Positions 46,205 to 49,218 of a stretch of 49,218 nucleotides of DNA are shown here, piece after piece; the first letter of the stretch is position 1, and the number at the start of each line of letters is the position of its first letter. The position numbers and the translations under genes were made by a program. The notes below the pieces were generated by a model that was given only the letters and a program-made list of their open reading frames with translations, did no database searches and was not told the origin of the DNA. The stretch is from the NCBI GenBank assembly GCA_038844785.1, contig JAWBRA010000013.1, positions 1-49,218 of the forward strand, in the 5' to 3' direction. This stretch comes from Candidatus Caldarchaeum sp. Its GTDB lineage: Archaea > Thermoproteota > Nitrososphaeria_A > Caldarchaeales > Caldarchaeaceae.

Positions 46205-49200
46205 ATGGCGGTAATCCTCGAAAGATCGGAAACGTATGTAGGACGTAAGCTCGTCACAAAAACAAGAAGCATCTGCCCAGAATGCAACCGCATCCTCGAA
46301 GCAGACGTCGTCGAGGAGTACGGCAAAATCAAAATATACAAAACATGTCCAAAGCATGGAGAGTTCGACGACCTTTACTTCGGCGACGCAGAAATGTACT
46401 ACAGGTTCGCCAGATGGCTTCACGACGGCAAGGGCACAGGCAACCCCAACGTCGAAATGCCCCGCTGCGCATGCCCAGCCAACTGCGGCCTCTGCAGCAG
46501 CCACCTCAGCCACACAGGCCTCTCAAACCTCGTAGTCACAAACAGATGCGACCTACACTGCTGGTACTGTCTGCCAGGCGATGAGGAGATTATAGTCAGG
46601 GATGCTGAGGGCGTAAGGCTTGTGAAGGCTGGGGAGCTTGTTGACGGGTTTTTCAGAGACGGAGAACCTGAGCCTGCAGGCGAGGGGGAGTCGGTGAAAG
46701 TGGACGGCGTGGAGGTTCTTTCGTTTAGGAATGGACAGGCGGCCTGGTCCAAGCTGCGGAGAGCCTACAGGAGAAGGTACAGCGGAAAGATTGTTGAAAT
46801 AATCACGCGCACAGGTAGATCAGTTAAGGTCACCGCGGACCACATGGTTATTGTATTGACGGAGAAAGGGTATGAGAGAAGGAGGGCATGCAACCTCAGG
46901 AAAGGCGATAAGCTGCTGACCTTGTGGAGCTTCGACGCAGGCGGCAGCAAGCCTAAAGCCCAGCTAAACCTGCTCAAGGATTTCACAACCCTTCCGGTAG
47001 ACCTGCAGAAGAAAACATACGTAAGAGGCTTCGCAGGCAAGCTTGATGAACGCTCTGTCACAGCCCCGCCGGACAAAGTCTACAGATGGTTTTACAGAGA
47101 CTCAATACCCCTAGCCGCCATACAGGCTGTAGCAGGTCGGCTGGAGAACGTCTCCGTCGGACTAGACGCAACAGACATCCAGATGCCAGACGTCCTCAAC
47201 CTCACAGAAGACTTGATGGAGCTCGTAGGCTATTTCATCTCCGACGGACACTACACATACAAAGACGTTAGAATAACGGTGGGTGACGAGTACGTTTACA
47301 AACGCCTTCAGCAGATCGTGGACGGCCTTGGTCTTAGAGCCAGCGTTCTTAGGTTTGATAAACACAGCAAAACGCCGCAGCTTGTGATCGGAAGCAGGCT
47401 TTTGAAAACAGTTTTCGAACACGTCTTCGAGATACCTGCAGGCGCGCCGAACAAAAGGCTTCCACCATTCTCCCACGGACTGCCTAAACATCTGAAGACA
47501 GCCCTACTCACAGGGCTCGTCAACGGCGACGGATACGTGGTCAGGGGGAGGAAAAACTGTAGCATAGGCTACGCAACAACCTCCAAAGGACTGGCCAGAG
47601 ACATTGTCCTCCTACTAGCTTCGCTCGGCATCTTCTCCCGCGTATACCGGGTTCCAAAACACAAGATGAAAGGCGCTAAACACGACCTGTACAAGATATA
47701 TGTCGCAGGCAAAGATCTTGAGAAGCTTGTCGCGCTCACCAAACTTAAGCCATCCCATCTTTCAAAGCTGGCCGGCCTAGGTCCGAGGAAAGAAGCCAAG
47801 GTACGGAGGCTAGGAGACTTCGCAGTCGACGAAGTAGCTGACGTCGTCGAACAGCACGTAGAACATGAACACGTCTACGACATAGAGGTAGAGGAGGAAT
47901 CGCATACCTTCATCTGCGGCGGCGGAATACTCGTCAGCAACTGCTTCTTCTACGCCGAGAAAGCAGGCTACATCTACGAGCCGACGCTAGAGCAGATACG
48001 TGAGATGGTTAAACAGCTCAAGGCAGAAAGGCCTGTCCCCGGCAACTCTGTCCAGATAACAGGCGGCGAACCCTGTCTAAGAGACGACCTTCCCGAAATA
48101 ATCAGGATACTCAAGGAAGAAGGAGTAGACCACGTACAGCTCAACACAAACGGCATCAGGCTGGCCCACGACTTCGAGTTCTTCAAACGAGTCAAGGAAG
48201 CAGGCGTCAGCAACCTCTACATGAGCTTCGACGGAGTCACACCACGCACAAACCCGAAAAACCACTGGGAGGTTCCCAAAACGCTTGAGAACGCACGCAA
48301 GCTCGGAGTAGGCGTAGTCCTCGTCCCCACAGTCATCAAGTCCGTCAACGACCACGAGCTCGGCGACATCATACGATTCGGCTTCCAGAACATCGACGTA
48401 GTCCGAGCGGTCAACTTCCAGCCCGTCAGCCTCACAGGCAGAATGCCCAAAAAAGAACGCGAAAAATACCGCATAACAATCCCCGACTGCATCATACGCA
48501 TCGAAGAGCAGACAAACGGCGAAATCCCCCGCGACGCATGGTTCCCAGTCCCAGCATGCACACCCCTAACAAACTTCATCGAAGCAATAACCAGACGCGC
48601 ACAGTACGAGCTAAGCATACACTTCGCATGCGGAGCAGGAACATACGTCTTCAAAGACCACGACAAACTCATACCCATAACAGCCTTCGTCGACATAGAA
48701 GGCCTCATCAAAACCCTCCAAGACAAAACCGAAGAAATCCAAGCAGGCAAAAACCCATACTACGTAGCCCTAAAACTCCTCGCAAACATCAGCAAACACA
48801 TCAACACAAACAAACAACCAACAGGCCTCAACCTCAAACACCTACTATACAACATCATCATCAAACACAACTACCACACCGTAGGCGACTGGCACCGACG
48901 ATCACTCTTCCTCGGAATGATGCATTTTATGGATTGTTATAACCATGATGAGGAACGCTTGAGAAGATGCGACATCCACTACCTAACGCCCGACATGCGC
49001 ATTATACCGTTCTGTGCTTTCAACGTCATACCGCACTGGTACCGTGACAGAATACAAGCTATGTACGGTGTACCTATCGCCGAATGGGAAAGAAAGACTG
49101 GCCGGAAGCTTAAGGACGATTTTTACAAACGCCAGCTGCCAGCCAAACAAACGGCAGTGCCTGCGGCTTCGACTAAAACTGCTGGGTTCGGTGGACTCAA

Positions 49201-49218
49201 GCCGCTGCCGACTGTTCA
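46205..49218 (+). CDS. tes: Tetraether lipid synthase (GDGT-MAS) radical SAM enzyme, intein-containing; 3' end runs off the window
   Basis: Manual translation: SICPEC...KTCPKHG, CPANCGLCSSH, VTNRCDLHCWY|intein|CFFYA, QITGGEP, QLNTNG, RAVNFQPVS, HFACG, RCDIHY...IIPFCAFN. Absent from the ORF track because no stop lies within the window. Confidence 0.9.
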   Translation, partial: MAVILERSETYVGRKLVTKTRSICPECNRILEADVVEEYGKIKIYKTCPKHGEFDDLYFGDAEMYYRFARWLHDGKGTGNPNVEMPRCACPANCGLCSSHLSHTGLSNLVVTNRCDLHCWYCLPGDEEIIVRDAEGVRLVKAGELVDGFFRDGEPEPAGEGESVKVDGVEVLSFRNGQAAWSKLRRAYRRRYSGKIVEIITRTGRSVKVTADHMVIVLTEKGYERRRACNLRKGDKLLTLWSFDAGGSKPKAQLNLLKDFTTLPVDLQKKTYVRGFAGKLDERSVTAPPDKVYRWFYRDSIPLAAIQAVAGRLENVSVGLDATDIQMPDVLNLTEDLMELVGYFISDGHYTYKDVRITVGDEYVYKRLQQIVDGLGLRASVLRFDKHSKTPQLVIGSRLLKTVFEHVFEIPAGAPNKRLPPFSHGLPKHLKTALLTGLVNGDGYVVRGRKNCSIGYATTSKGLARDIVLLLASLGIFSRVYRVPKHKMKGAKHDLYKIYVAGKDLEKLVALTKLKPSHLSKLAGLGPRKEAKVRRLGDFAVDEVADVVEQHVEHEHVYDIEVEEESHTFICGGGILVSNCFFYAEKAGYIYEPTLEQIREMVKQLKAERPVPGNSVQITGGEPCLRDDLPEIIRILKEEGVDHVQLNTNGIRLAHDFEFFKRVKEAGVSNLYMSFDGVTPRTNPKNHWEVPKTLENARKLGVGVVLVPTVIKSVNDHELGDIIRFGFQNIDVVRAVNFQPVSLTGRMPKKEREKYRITIPDCIIRIEEQTNGEIPRDAWFPVPACTPLTNFIEAITRRAQYELSIHFACGAGTYVFKDHDKLIPITAFVDIEGLIKTLQDKTEEIQAGKNPYYVALKLLANISKHINTNKQPTGLNLKHLLYNIIIKHNYHTVGDWHRRSLFLGMMHFMDCYNHDEERLRRCDIHYLTPDMRIIPFCAFNVIPHWYRDRIQAMYGVPIAEWERKTGRKLKDDFYKRQLPAKQTAVPAASTKTAGFGGLKPLPTV
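46568..47941 (+). mobile_element. Intein with LAGLIDADG homing endonuclease (458 aa)
   Basis: Block A CLPGDEEI, block B TGRSVKVTADH, LVGYFISDG and LTGLVNGDG motifs, block F VYDIEV, C-terminal ILVSN followed by extein Cys. Confidence 0.95.

Noticed and set aside
46148-48942. Many short ORFs on both strands listed in the track
   Set aside because: All overlap the long open tes/intein frame starting at 46205
1-49218. tRNA or rRNA genes
   Set aside because: No cloverleaf/T-loop or rRNA-like segment noticed in the intergenic regions by eye; a tRNAscan-SE run would settle this

Overview
Archaeal chromosomal window. Gene content and style (archaeal PheRS, DUF373, TrmB, HEPN-MNT, tetraether synthase, fused Cox I+III) suggest an aerobic thermophile of the Thermoproteota/TACK group, possibly Caldarchaeales ('Aigarchaeota'); this taxonomy is inferred. 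Housekeeping blocks (CoA-transferase III, uppS, DUF373, pheST; later DUF131, TrmB, QueT, nitrilase, coaBC, liv ABC) surround a ~15 kb accessory region bracketed by two frameshifted, co-oriented tnpB elements that look IS607-derived. That region holds (a) an ActC/NrfD + TAT-exported 4Fe-4S module flanked by cupredoxins instead of c-type cytochromes or a molybdoenzyme, and (b) a copper cluster (CopR-TRASH, YHS chaperone, CopA, CCAHH protein, PCYCGC protein, CcdA-like). Downstream are two heme-copper superfamily operons, each ending in a paralogous blue-copper protein: a Tyr-less, His/Met-heme enzyme (nNOR-like NO reductase) and an A1-type oxidase with a fused I+III subunit that lacks the K-channel Lys. 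Together these suggest a respiratory chain wired by copper proteins without cytochrome c. Features missing from the ORF track: a box H/ACA guide RNA (11511-11592) complementary to 23S rRNA helix 69; a tetraether-synthase radical SAM gene (46205 to window end) with a 458-aa LAGLIDADG intein inside its CxxxCxxC motif; and a decayed XPD/Rad3 helicase fragment. An aminopeptidase-P homolog has lost all its metal ligands. All calls come from reading motifs by eye; no searches were run.
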